DNA from: an uncultured Acidobacteriota bacterium
GTDB taxonomy: Bacteria > Acidobacteriota > Vicinamibacteria > Vicinamibacterales > CAVVIG01
Assembly (NCBI GenBank): GCA_963757655.1
Contig: CAVWSQ010000005.1
Location: 242,366-306,365, forward strand
Reading direction: 5' to 3'
DNA length: 64,000 bases
The notes beneath the pieces were generated by a model. The model did no database searches and was not told the DNA's origin. It was given only the letters and a program-made list of their open reading frames with translations. Below, piece after piece: positions 36,477-45,738 of this stretch (position 1 is the first letter of the stretch; every line of letters starts with the position of its first letter). The translations under genes and the position numbers were made by a program.

Positions 36477-37925
36477 ATGTCACGTCAGGTACTGGCCGTG
36501 CTGCTCGCGGCGATCGCCTGTAACGCGTGCGCGACCGCCACGCCGGAGCAACAAATCATCAACGACGCTGCCGCCGCTCTCGGCGGCCGCGATCGTATCC
36601 TTGCGGTCAGGACGCTGATCATCGAAGGCGCCGGGACCAACGGCAACCTGCTCCAGGACATGTCGCCCGAAGCGTCGGGACAGTCATTCCTGGTATCCGG
36701 CTACCGTCGGTCAATCGACATCGCCGGCGGCCGCGCCAGAACCGAGCAGACGCGCACACCGCAATTCGCCTACTTCCAGGGCATGGCCCCGCAGCGCCAG
36801 GTGTTTGGGGTCGACGGCGACGTCGGCTACAACGTTGCCGCGAACGGCGCGGCGACGCGGGTTCTCAACAGCGCCGCCAGGGACCGGCGGGCGGATCTGC
36901 TGCAGCACCCGCTGACCATCGTTCGCGCCGCCCTCGATCCCGCAGCCACCTTGACACACGCTCGCACGGCCGGCGGCGAACGGCTGGTCGACATTACGGT
37001 CGCTGGCCAGTCGACCTGCACGCTGGCGATCGACGCGTCGACCAGGCTGCCGGCGCGCGTCGTCTCGATGACCGACAACGCCAACCTCGGCGACGTCGCC
37101 GTCGAAACCAGCTTCGCGGATTACCAGGACGTAGCCGGCCTGAAGCTGCCGGCGAGACTGACGATGAAGACGGACAAGTACCAGACGGCCGTGCTCCAGC
37201 TGACCCGCCAGCAGGTGAACGCGGACACGGGCAACCTCGCCGCGCCGGCGGCGGCGGCGTCAACCGCGCCAATGGAGGGCGCCCCGGCGCCGGTGGTCAC
37301 CGTCGAGGAGGTCGCGAAGGGGATCTGGCTGCTGGCCGGGCAGTCGCACAACAGCGCGGTCGTCGAGTTCGACGATCACCTGACCCTGATCGAAGCGCCG
37401 CTGAGCGAGGCCCGGACGCTCGCGGTCATCGCCAGGGCGCGAACGCTGCGTCCGGGAAAGCCGCTCACGCAGCTGGTAAGCACGCATTTTCATTCGGACC
37501 ACTCCGGCGGTCTTCGCGCCGCCGTGGCAGAGGGGCTCACGGTCATCACCCACGAGGGCAACGCCGCGTTCTATGCCGACGCCGTCACACGGCCTCACAC
37601 ACTCGCGCCCGACGCGCTCGCGCGCAATCCGAGATCGTTGCAGATGGAGACAGTCGGCGAGGAGCGGGAGTTCGCCGACGCGACGATGACCGTCGAGCTG
37701 TACCACGTCGCGGGGAACCCGCATGCCGATACATTGCTCATGGCGTATTTTCCCAGGCAGCGGGTGCTGGTCGAAGCCGACGCGTTCAGCCCGGGCTTCG
37801 CGACGCAGCCGTACGCCGCCAACCTGCTCGAGAACATTGCAACGCGCCGTCTGAAAGTGGACCGTGTCGTCCCGCTCCACGGAACCGTGACGCCATTCAG
37901 CGAGGTGGTTCGCGCGGCGCGCTGA
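36477..37925 (+). CDS. MBL-fold metallo-hydrolase, probable lipoprotein
   Basis: MSRQVLAVLLAAIACNAC (lipobox-like) and HxHxDH as HFHSDHSGG. GTG 36468 is an alternative start. Confidence 0.8.
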   Translation: MSRQVLAVLLAAIACNACATATPEQQIINDAAAALGGRDRILAVRTLIIEGAGTNGNLLQDMSPEASGQSFLVSGYRRSIDIAGGRARTEQTRTPQFAYFQGMAPQRQVFGVDGDVGYNVAANGAATRVLNSAARDRRADLLQHPLTIVRAALDPAATLTHARTAGGERLVDITVAGQSTCTLAIDASTRLPARVVSMTDNANLGDVAVETSFADYQDVAGLKLPARLTMKTDKYQTAVLQLTRQQVNADTGNLAAPAAAASTAPMEGAPAPVVTVEEVAKGIWLLAGQSHNSAVVEFDDHLTLIEAPLSEARTLAVIARARTLRPGKPLTQLVSTHFHSDHSGGLRAAVAEGLTVITHEGNAAFYADAVTRPHTLAPDALARNPRSLQMETVGEEREFADATMTVELYHVAGNPHADTLLMAYFPRQRVLVEADAFSPGFATQPYAANLLENIATRRLKVDRVVPLHGTVTPFSEVVRAAR

Positions 37926-37934
37926 GAAGTGACA

Positions 37935-37962
37935 AGAAAAAACCGCGGAGATCGCCGCGAAG
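37935..37962 (+). repeat. Post-stop-codon repeat element, copy B (A-rich/ACCGCGGAGATCGCCG core)
   Basis: AGAAAAAACCGCGGAGATCGCCGCGAAG begins 10 nt after the MBL stop and runs into the 22-bp hairpin. Confidence 0.5.
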
Positions 37963-38008
37963 GGTGTCAGACACCGTGGTAAAAGAACCACGGTGTCTGA
38001 CACCCTTC
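37959..38008 (+). terminator. Perfect 22-bp-stem hairpin (6-nt loop)
   Basis: GAAGGGTGTCAGACACCGTGGT-aaaaga-ACCACGGTGTCTGACACCCTTC; I verified the arms as exact reverse complements. Each arm also contains the sub-palindrome GGTGTC-A-GACACC. No clear U-tract follows. Confidence 0.6.
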
Positions 38009-38041
38009 GCCGGCATTCTGACGGCCGGCCTCGCTGCGTGG

Positions 38042-39358
38042 ATGGGCCTGGGCACGCTTCACGACTCCCAGCACGCCGACTCGCTGCTGACGGTGCTGAT
38101 CAGCACGCAGAAATGGACCCCGTTCTTCTGGGGACAGGACCGCTTCGGGATGCTGATCCCGCTCCTGGCGACGCCGATTCGCGATCCGCTGGCCAACCTG
38201 CTGTTCCAGGGGTGGCTCATGACCACGGCCGGGCTGCTTGCGCCGTTCGTGATGGCGCGCTTCCTGTCGGGTCGCGGCGGCTACTGGATCGCGATCGGCG
38301 CGCTGACCAACATACTGTTTCTGCTCGTCGCCACGCCCGCCGTGCAATTCGACTGGTTCGTCACGCAGCCGTACGCCGTGTCGATCACCATCGGCTTTGC
38401 CGCGCTGATCGTGGCGGACGAGCGCGACCGGCCGGGTGCCATCATCGCGGCGTTCCTGCTTCTGCTGATCGCGTGCTGGGTCAACATCGGCGTGGCGGTG
38501 ATGCTGGCGATCGCAGCGGCAATCCAGGGCCGGAGGCGCCTGCGCCTTCTCGCACTCGAGGCGGCTGCCGGCGCACTGGCGTCGCTGGCGGCGCGCGACC
38601 TCGCCGCGTCTCACACCGTGACGGCTCTCGCTCCGGTCCGGGTGTGGGCGAACGGCTGGTGGCAGCTTCTCGAAGGGACCGCCAGCGTGACGGACAGTCC
38701 GGCGGTCGCCATCGGCGCGGCGGTCGCCGCCGCAGGCGCGCTCGCGTGGCTCTGGAAACAGGAACGGCTGCCACCGCTCAGAACACTGGCAGCGATCGCG
38801 GCGCTGGCGATCGGCACGTGGCTGGTCGTCGGCACGTCGCTGTGGGTGGGGATGAACCGCTATGCCTTCCGCTACATGTATCCCACGCTGATGGTGCTCG
38901 GAACCGGCGTTGCCACCATCGTCGCCGCGCTGTTCGCGACGAGAATCCGTGCGCTGTCAATCGCGGCGACGGTCGTGATGGTCGCGCTGGCGGCCGCGCG
39001 CTATGGCCGGCCGTCGCTCGGCCGGGTCGAGCGCGGCTTCGACGATCGCTTCGGACGCACCACCGCGGCGGTGCTGCACAGCGGCGCGACGGTCATTGGC
39101 GGCGACTACTGGCGGGTATGGCCCGCCGTTTTTCACGCCAACCTCACACTCTTTCGCACCCACACCCGCGCGCGCATCTTCGGACTCGCCTACCGGTCTG
39201 AAGAGACCGACCGATTGTGGAAGAGTGCTGGGAACCGGATCCTGATCGCGGCGTGGCCGGACGATTCAACGGTGACCTCGGTGGCCGACGAGCACGGCAT
39301 CCACATCGCGCTGCTGCGGCATCAGCCGGAGATCGATCTCTACACCGGGCAGCAATGA
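38042..39358 (+). CDS. Polytopic membrane protein with C-terminal soluble domain, unknown function
   Basis: I took the in-frame ATG at 38042, just after the hairpin. The 943-aa ORF upstream part is an out-of-frame read-through of the MBL gene. It has many TM segments (LLAPFVMARFL, YWIAIGALTNILFLLVA, IIAAFLLLLIACWVNIGVAVMLAIAAA...). The start is uncertain. Confidence 0.6.
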   Translation: MGLGTLHDSQHADSLLTVLISTQKWTPFFWGQDRFGMLIPLLATPIRDPLANLLFQGWLMTTAGLLAPFVMARFLSGRGGYWIAIGALTNILFLLVATPAVQFDWFVTQPYAVSITIGFAALIVADERDRPGAIIAAFLLLLIACWVNIGVAVMLAIAAAIQGRRRLRLLALEAAAGALASLAARDLAASHTVTALAPVRVWANGWWQLLEGTASVTDSPAVAIGAAVAAAGALAWLWKQERLPPLRTLAAIAALAIGTWLVVGTSLWVGMNRYAFRYMYPTLMVLGTGVATIVAALFATRIRALSIAATVVMVALAAARYGRPSLGRVERGFDDRFGRTTAAVLHSGATVIGGDYWRVWPAVFHANLTLFRTHTRARIFGLAYRSEETDRLWKSAGNRILIAAWPDDSTVTSVADEHGIHIALLRHQPEIDLYTGQQ

Positions 39359-39373
39359 GTCGGTGGACCGCTG

Positions 39374-41614
39374 TCATCGCTCGAAGATTTTCAGCTCGTG
39401 AATCGACCAGAACCAGCGGCGCGTCTGCCCGGTCTGCCTGATGGTCAGCGTGCGCGTCCGGTTGGCCGGCAGGTTGACGATGAGGGTTGGCTGCGCGCCC
39501 GATTCGGCAAGCAGGACGGTATATGGGACGAGCATCGGCGCCTGATAGAGAACCCTCGCCACGCCATCCTCGCCGGCGCTCTCGATCCGCAGTTGCCGCG
39601 GGTAGTCCCCGAAGCTGCGCGACGCGATCTGCAGCGCGAGTGCAGAGACATCGCGCGTCCGATCGAACGCGATTCGGAACCACTCGTCGCCATTCTGCGG
39701 CCGGCCCGTGAGCCACCGCGTATCGACGTCGCCGTCGAGAGCGAGTGCGACCCGATCGCCACCATCGGACGCGTCTGCGCGGAAATCGGTGGCGCGCAGC
39801 GCGTGGCCGTCTGGCGCGGACGGCACGTCCACCACCGCGCCGCCGTCCGCGAGGCGAAACCCCACCGCAGCGTCCGAGCGGAACGCTTCCGATGCCAGCC
39901 GCGGATGAGCGCGAAGGGCCGCCACGATAGCGGCGCCAGCGGAGGCGTCGTCGTAGTCTCGCTGGTGCACCAGGACGTAGCGGACGCCGACCGCTCGCAG
40001 CGCTACGAGCGCCTCGTCGAACCGATCAAGGTCGTTGAGCGGCGACGCCGAGCCGCCGAGAAACTCCTGCAGCGACGATCCGTAGCCGCTGTAGCCGTTC
40101 ACGATCGGGTGACCGTGCGACAGCGTCGCGTACTGGTAGGTGAGCGTCGGTGCGATCGCCCATTCGAGAATCGGCAGCTCGATCGTCCCGCCTGGTGCCT
40201 GCTGCGCGAGCCAGCGGTAGGCGCTGCGATCGCCGGGGCGGCCGCGGGCGTCAAACGGCGCCATCCGTAGCGGCGCGGCCCACCCTTCGGCAAAGATCGC
40301 CACGCCGAGCAGGACCAGTGCGATCCGGCGGAGGCCAGACCGGCAATGCTCCAGCACCCGGGCGGCACCCATCGCGGCGAGCACGCTCAACGCCAGGACC
40401 ACGACGACCGCCAACCGCGCCGGCACGCGTAAGCCGTCCATGCCGGGCACCAGGCGCGCCAGCCAGAGATATGGACCCGAGAACGGCAGCCGATGGGACC
40501 AGGCGGCCGGCTCCGGGCCGAGCGAGAGCACGAAGGCGCTCACCGCCAGTGCCGCATAGAGGACCGTCAACCGGCGCCGGCCGCTCCGCGGCCAGACGGC
40601 CGCCGCGGCGGCGGCCAACACCGTGAACCCCGGAAACAGCTGGCGCTCCGGAAAATCGTCGCCGTGCAGCCACGCCGACCATACACGCAGGTTCGGTGAC
40701 GCCGTCACATACGATCGGACATTGGCGCTGAACACCGACCAGTCGTCGTGGCCGCGTACGAATCCGTACTGGCGGCGCACCGACAGGTACGCCAGGACAA
40801 CGAAGCTCAGACAGGAAAGGATGAGCGCCGCCGCGACGGCGAGTCCGGCGATCGCTCGCCTGCGATCCGCCGCCGACATCCTCGAGGACGCCAGCTCGCC
40901 GATCACTACGAACGCCGACGCGATTGTGAGGTAGTAGAGGAAGTACCCGTTCGAGAGCGCCTCGATCGTGAATGCGGCCGCGAACGCCGCGAGCGCCGCC
41001 GTCGAACGGCGCGTGTGGCGCGAACCCGTGACCGCCGCCATGAAGCGGTGCAATCCCCACAGCGCGATCGGCATCCAGCCCCACGACAGCACCTGCAGGT
41101 GCGAGACGTGTAAAGCCCGCAGCGGCGAGAACGCGAACACCAGCCCGGCGAGGAAGGCGACATCGCGCCGGCCCGTCAATTCGCGAGCCAGGAGATACAT
41201 GCCGGCGCCGGCGATCACGTAGCTGAGTAGGAACGCAACGTCGTAGCCGGCAATCGGATTCCCGCTCAGCCAGATGATCGGTACGACCGGCAGCGCGATG
41301 CCGAGCATATGCTCGGCGAACGCGACCGTAAGGCGGCTGGGAAAAAAGATCGGCGCGTCCCAGAAGCCGTGCAGGCCATGCTTCAGGCGATCGGCGTCCC
41401 ACCCCAGCATCCAGGTGGTGAACAGTGGATCGCCGAGGTCACCGGGTAGCGCCCGGCCGAGGTGAAGGATTAGAGGATAGGTCGCGAGGATCGCCAAACC
41501 GGCAAAGGCAAGGAGCACGAGCGCGGTCTCCGAGGCTTTAGAGCCGATGACGCTTCCGTGTCGCACGCGGGCTGCTCCCGTACCCTCTTGGTGCTTTGTG
41601 CTTGGGCCAGTCAC
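39374..41614 (-). CDS. GT-C-fold-like integral membrane (glycosyl)transferase with C-terminal F5/8 type C (discoidin) domain
   Basis: The N-terminal half of about 480 aa is multi-TM, resembling PMT/ArnT-type enzymes. The C-terminus LALDGDVDTRWLTGRPQNGDEWFRIAFDRTRDVSALAL is discoidin-like. GTG start at 41612-14 is uncertain. Confidence 0.6.
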   Translation of the reverse strand: MTGPSTKHQEGTGAARVRHGSVIGSKASETALVLLAFAGLAILATYPLILHLGRALPGDLGDPLFTTWMLGWDADRLKHGLHGFWDAPIFFPSRLTVAFAEHMLGIALPVVPIIWLSGNPIAGYDVAFLLSYVIAGAGMYLLARELTGRRDVAFLAGLVFAFSPLRALHVSHLQVLSWGWMPIALWGLHRFMAAVTGSRHTRRSTAALAAFAAAFTIEALSNGYFLYYLTIASAFVVIGELASSRMSAADRRRAIAGLAVAAALILSCLSFVVLAYLSVRRQYGFVRGHDDWSVFSANVRSYVTASPNLRVWSAWLHGDDFPERQLFPGFTVLAAAAAAVWPRSGRRRLTVLYAALAVSAFVLSLGPEPAAWSHRLPFSGPYLWLARLVPGMDGLRVPARLAVVVVLALSVLAAMGAARVLEHCRSGLRRIALVLLGVAIFAEGWAAPLRMAPFDARGRPGDRSAYRWLAQQAPGGTIELPILEWAIAPTLTYQYATLSHGHPIVNGYSGYGSSLQEFLGGSASPLNDLDRFDEALVALRAVGVRYVLVHQRDYDDASAGAAIVAALRAHPRLASEAFRSDAAVGFRLADGGAVVDVPSAPDGHALRATDFRADASDGGDRVALALDGDVDTRWLTGRPQNGDEWFRIAFDRTRDVSALALQIASRSFGDYPRQLRIESAGEDGVARVLYQAPMLVPYTVLLAESGAQPTLIVNLPANRTRTLTIRQTGQTRRWFWSIHELKIFER

Positions 41615-41711
41615 CTGCAGCGGATCGAATACGAGTGTACCTTCACCAGCGGCCGCCTATCGTCGCACGGGAACGATTCGAAGCGAATCGACGTATCCCA
41701 CAGTCGGACAC

Positions 41712-42326
41712 GTGACGCACTCCGAACAGCTGGTCCACTGGCTCCGAACCGTCTGTCTCAGCATCGCCTGCCGCCTGGGATCATCCGAGTCGCCATGGGA
41801 GCGGGTGCCGATGGAAGTGCCAGCCACCGCCTTCGGCCCCGGTTCCCGCTGCCAGTTCTCGCGCTATTTCGAAGGCGTGAGCTGCGTCCCCGCCCGCTCC
41901 ATCGACGACATCGTCGGATGGCTGACCACCTGTGAGTACGTCTCGGACGTCGAGCAGTTCCACGAACCGGATCTGTGGCAGGATCCATGCGCGTTCGAGG
42001 GACGGCAGCGCGGCGACTGCGAGGACTTCGCGCTGTGGGCGTGGCGGAAGCTGACCGAGATCGGCCTCGAGGCCGAGTTCTTCGTCGGCCGGGTGCTTGG
42101 CGGCGGCCAGGCGCCAATCGATCGCCAGCATGCATGGGTCGTGTACCGAGCCGGCGACGATGCATATCTGTTCGAGCCGGCCGCTCGCGATCGCCGGCAG
42201 ATGATCCAGCCGTGGTCCGCCGTCAAGCATTGCTACGTGCCGCACTTCGCGGTGGATCACCGGTTCGTCACGTCCGCCTTCGTCGGCTGCATTCTCGATT
42301 CACGTCGCCCGGCGGCAGCGACGTAG
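41712..42326 (+). CDS. Transglutaminase-like cysteine peptidase superfamily protein
   Basis: Catalytic-Cys context RGDCEDFALWAWRKL, followed by HAWVVY and a downstream Asp. The start is uncertain (GTG 41712 or ATG 41811). Confidence 0.6.
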   Translation: MTHSEQLVHWLRTVCLSIACRLGSSESPWERVPMEVPATAFGPGSRCQFSRYFEGVSCVPARSIDDIVGWLTTCEYVSDVEQFHEPDLWQDPCAFEGRQRGDCEDFALWAWRKLTEIGLEAEFFVGRVLGGGQAPIDRQHAWVVYRAGDDAYLFEPAARDRRQMIQPWSAVKHCYVPHFAVDHRFVTSAFVGCILDSRRPAAAT

Positions 42327-42487
42327 TCATCAGCACCAGGCTCATCGTTACGTCCCGCCGCTGCCATGTGCATTGTGCAGATTGGTCACAGGCAAGGCCG
42401 ATGTGGGACTGGCCCCGATCCGACCACAAAGTCGAGAGGGAAGCAGGCGAGGACGCGCTGTAAACTCTTTTGGACTGACAGCGGGGA

Positions 42488-42892
42488 ATGCGGATGAAAC
42501 GCATCTGGACGATCATTGGCGTAAGCAACGTCCCGAGTAGCTTGAAATGGTACCAGTCGCTCTTTGGCCAGCCCGAGACTCGTCCGAGCCATGACCACTT
42601 TGGTCAGATCCTGGATACGGATGGAACGGTCTTGCTCTGCCTCCACCAGTGGGGCGCTCATGAGCATCCCTCGTTGATGAGTCCAGACGCAGCGCCACCT
42701 GGCAACGGGCTTCTCTTGTTCTTCCGGATTGATGACCTCGACATGACACTTAAGAGGGCTCGCGCTCTCGTCACTCGGCTTGAAGAGGAGCCGCACGTGA
42801 ACCCCAATACTCAAACACAGGAGTTCTCCCTCCGGGATCCGGACGGATACTACGTCACAATCAGTGAGCTCGCTGCGCCGCGCAACGAATGA
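42488..42892 (+). CDS. VOC (glyoxalase/bleomycin-resistance) family protein
   Basis: 134 aa, ending ...FSLRDPDGYYVTISE as is typical of VOC modules. It lies in a visibly AT-richer stretch. Confidence 0.65.
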   Translation: MRMKRIWTIIGVSNVPSSLKWYQSLFGQPETRPSHDHFGQILDTDGTVLLCLHQWGAHEHPSLMSPDAAPPGNGLLLFFRIDDLDMTLKRARALVTRLEEEPHVNPNTQTQEFSLRDPDGYYVTISELAAPRNE

Positions 42893-43052
42893 GCAAACGC
42901 GTTGCTCGGCCGACGCCTGGCCGGACATCCCGCCGTCACATTGAGATTGATGAGTCAGTCGGCGGCATTTCGCCCGCTCGCACCACGGCGGGCGACCGAC
43001 GACATCAGACCAGTCCTGGTGGCCATCGCGCGCGTGTCGTATCACTGTGGCG

Positions 43053-43676
43053 TCAGACGTCGTACTGCCGGAACGTCAGGTTGAATCGGCCAGCCAGCGC
43101 AATCTCCCATGGCGCGCTGCCCGGAACGATGCGCGAGACGCCGTGATAGCGCAGGCGCGCCGGGCCGCCGAAGACGAAGGCGTCGCCGGATTCCAGCATC
43201 CGGGTCTCGACCGGATCCTTGCGCCGCAGGCCGCCGAACAGAAACCGCGCGGCATCGCCCAGTGAGATCGACACCACCGGCAGCCCCGCCGCGATCGATC
43301 GCTCGCTCTCGTCCTTGTCCTGGTGCAGCCCCATTTTTCCGTTGGCATCGTAGTAGTTGAGGATGCACAGGTCGGGTGCGAAGGGCATGCCGGCAGCCTC
43401 GGCGACGGCTCGGGCGAGCTGCGCGAGGTTGTCTGAAAGCGGCGGCGCCGGCAGATTGTCGAAGTCGCTCCGGCGCGCCTCGTACTGGTAGGTCTTGCCG
43501 TTCCAGTGGCGGCCGAGACAGAGCATGCGGACGCGCATCCGGCCGCCCCCTCGGACGATCGGCACGTAGGCCGGCACCTCGCCGTCGATCAGCGTGCGGC
43601 ATTGATCGACGAGCGCCCGCTGATCCTCGACGCCCAGATAGCCTGGAAACCAGAAGGCGCCTGGGGCGATCTCCAC
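43053..43676 (-). CDS. alkB: Fe(II)/2-oxoglutarate-dependent DNA/RNA dealkylation dioxygenase AlkB
   Basis: ILNYYDANGKMGLHQDKDE (HxD), then RLRYHG..., and NLTFRQ at the C-terminus. 207 aa. GTG start. Confidence 0.85.
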   Translation of the reverse strand: MEIAPGAFWFPGYLGVEDQRALVDQCRTLIDGEVPAYVPIVRGGGRMRVRMLCLGRHWNGKTYQYEARRSDFDNLPAPPLSDNLAQLARAVAEAAGMPFAPDLCILNYYDANGKMGLHQDKDESERSIAAGLPVVSISLGDAARFLFGGLRRKDPVETRMLESGDAFVFGGPARLRYHGVSRIVPGSAPWEIALAGRFNLTFRQYDV

Positions 43677-43700
43677 GCCCGTACGTTACCATTGCCGGCC

Positions 43701-44792
43701 GTGACACGACGTGGGCGGGAACCGCGGTTTGTTCTGATCGTGCTGGCCGTCTGTCTGTGTGCGCGGCCGGCCTCGGCTCATCCGGCGCCGTTCACGTATC
43801 TCGATCTCCGCCTGTTGCCCGACGCGATCGAAGGCACGTTGATCGCGCACATCTTCGACCTCGGACACGACCTCAACATCGATCCGGCCGAACGCCTGCT
43901 CGAGCCCGCGGTCGCGGCGCAGCAATCGGCGGCGATCGCGCAGTTGTTTGCACGGCGCCTCACGGTTACCGTCAACGGCGTGACGCTGACGCCGCAATGG
44001 TCGGCGGCGCAGCCGCTGCCCGAGCGCCAGTCGTTGAAACTATCCTTGCGCTACACACTATCGGGGCCGCCGGGCACGATGGTCCTCACCACCTCGCTGT
44101 TCCCGTACGATCCGCAGCACCAGACCTTCCTCAACGTCTACGAGGGCAGCACGCTGACCCAGACGATTCTGGACGCGGGACGGACCCGGTTCGAATACTT
44201 CGCCGCGACCCGCCAGGGCGCTCTCGCGGTGGTGCGCCGGATTCTGCCGGCCGGGATCCGCCACATCGTCGTCGGCCCGGACCATCTCCTGTTCCTGGTC
44301 GGGCTGCTCCTGCTCGGCGGCACGATGCGACAGCTGGCGATCTTCGTGACGCTGTTTACGGCCGCGCAGACCCTGACGCTTTCGCTCGCCGCGCTCAACA
44401 TCGTCAGCCCGCCGGCGCGGATCATCGAGCCCGCGATTGCACTGAGCATCGTCTACGTCGGCGCCGACAACCTGCTGATCCATGACGGCCGCGATGTGCG
44501 CGGATGGATCGCACTTGCGTTCGGCGCCATCCATGGGTTCGGCTACGCCGGCGCGCTGCGCGAACTGGATCTCACCCGCCGGGCGCTCGGCTGGTCGCTG
44601 CTCTCGTTCAACCTGGGCGTGGAAATCGGACAACTGGCGGTGGTCGCTGTCGTCGCCACCGCGTTCACCGCGCTGCGGGCGCGGAGCGAAACGGCGGGCC
44701 GCCAGCTGGCGTTCGCGGGATCGATTGTGGTCATGGCGACCGGCGCATTCTGGTTCATTCAACGGGTCTTCTTTCCTGGAGGCATCTCATGA
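43701..44792 (+). CDS. HupE/UreJ_2-like membrane protein with an approx 200-aa N-terminal extracytoplasmic domain
   Basis: I trimmed to GTG 43701; the ORF upstream part is antisense to alkB. Signal-like FVLIVLAVCLCARPASA. C-terminal membrane domain GPDHLLFLVGLLLLGG...HGFGYAGAL...FNLGVEIGQL. Confidence 0.6.
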   Translation: MTRRGREPRFVLIVLAVCLCARPASAHPAPFTYLDLRLLPDAIEGTLIAHIFDLGHDLNIDPAERLLEPAVAAQQSAAIAQLFARRLTVTVNGVTLTPQWSAAQPLPERQSLKLSLRYTLSGPPGTMVLTTSLFPYDPQHQTFLNVYEGSTLTQTILDAGRTRFEYFAATRQGALAVVRRILPAGIRHIVVGPDHLLFLVGLLLLGGTMRQLAIFVTLFTAAQTLTLSLAALNIVSPPARIIEPAIALSIVYVGADNLLIHDGRDVRGWIALAFGAIHGFGYAGALRELDLTRRALGWSLLSFNLGVEIGQLAVVAVVATAFTALRARSETAGRQLAFAGSIVVMATGAFWFIQRVFFPGGIS

Positions 44793-45685
44793 AGCGAGGG
44801 ACTGCACTCGGCGCGCTGCTCCTGATCGGCGCCCTGTCGTACGGCGTCAACGCGTATCAACCGCCGGCCGACGGGCCGAAAGTCGTGCAGGTCGAGAAGG
44901 TGAAGGACAACCTTTACGTCCTGCGCGGCGGCGGCGGCAACACCGCCGTATTCCTCACCGCCGACGGCGTCGTCGTGGTGGACGCCAAGAACCCGGGCTG
45001 GGGCAAGCCGATCCTCGACAAGATCAAGGAACTGACGCCGAAGCCGGTGACGACGCTGATCAATACGCACACCCACGGCGACCACGTCAGCGGCAACGTG
45101 GAGTTCCCGGCGACGATCGACTTCGTGGCGCAGGAGAACACCAAGGCGAACATGGAGAAGATGCCGATCTTCAAGGAGCACAACGGCGTCGGCATGACCA
45201 AGCGGACGTTCAAGGACAGGATGACGCTTGGCAAGGGAGCCGACCAGATCGATCTCTACTACTTCGGCCGCGGCCACACCAACGGCGACGCCTGGGTCGT
45301 CTTCCCCGCGCTGCACGTCGTGCACGCGGGCGATATCTTCGCCGGCAAGTCGGTGCCGCTCATCGACGAGGCCAACGGCGGCAGCATGATGGAAATCTCC
45401 GGGTCGCTGATGAAAGCCTACAACGGCATCAAGAACGTGGACACCATCATCAACGGCCACACGCCGGCGCAGACCACCTGGGCCGACCTGAAGGAGTACG
45501 CAGACTTCAACAAGGAGTTGGTGGCGTGGATGCAGGCTGAGCTGAAGGCGGGCAAGACGCCGGAGCAGGCGGCCGCCGAGTGGAAGCTCCCCGAAAAGTA
45601 CAAAGGATACTCGCCCACCGTCGGCGCGCTGTTTGGCGGCATGGCGGGGCGGATTCAAACCCTGCAGAAGGAAATGAAGAAGTAA
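44789..45685 (+). CDS. Secreted MBL-fold metallo-hydrolase
   Basis: The ATG at 44789 has GGAGG upstream and an ATGA overlap with the upstream stop. Signal peptide MKRGTALGALLLIGALSYGVNA. HxHxDH as HTHGDHVSG. Confidence 0.85.
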   Translation: MKRGTALGALLLIGALSYGVNAYQPPADGPKVVQVEKVKDNLYVLRGGGGNTAVFLTADGVVVVDAKNPGWGKPILDKIKELTPKPVTTLINTHTHGDHVSGNVEFPATIDFVAQENTKANMEKMPIFKEHNGVGMTKRTFKDRMTLGKGADQIDLYYFGRGHTNGDAWVVFPALHVVHAGDIFAGKSVPLIDEANGGSMMEISGSLMKAYNGIKNVDTIINGHTPAQTTWADLKEYADFNKELVAWMQAELKAGKTPEQAAAEWKLPEKYKGYSPTVGALFGGMAGRIQTLQKEMKK

Positions 45686-45738
45686 GAGCGGGCGGCCAAG
45701 CGGCTGCCAACCCTTTCCGATGACCGCTCGTCTAACAA

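Noticed and set aside
37959-38008. 22-bp inverted repeat as terminal inverted repeats of an IS/MITE
   Set aside because: The arms are separated by only 6 nt, there is no transposase or target-site duplication, and no second copy occurs in the window. It is better explained as an RNA or DNA hairpin.
36527-39358. 943-aa plus-strand ORF spanning the MBL gene, the 22-bp hairpin and the membrane-protein gene
   Set aside because: The first 500 codons or so are an alternative frame of the MBL gene (Arg/Gly/Pro-rich nonsense). Only the part after the hairpin (from ATG 38042) looks like a real membrane protein.
42386-43045. 219-aa minus-strand ORF antisense to the VOC gene
   Set aside because: It has no recognisable domain, whereas the plus-strand VOC reading has the family's C-terminal DPDG..V.I signature and a plausible start context.
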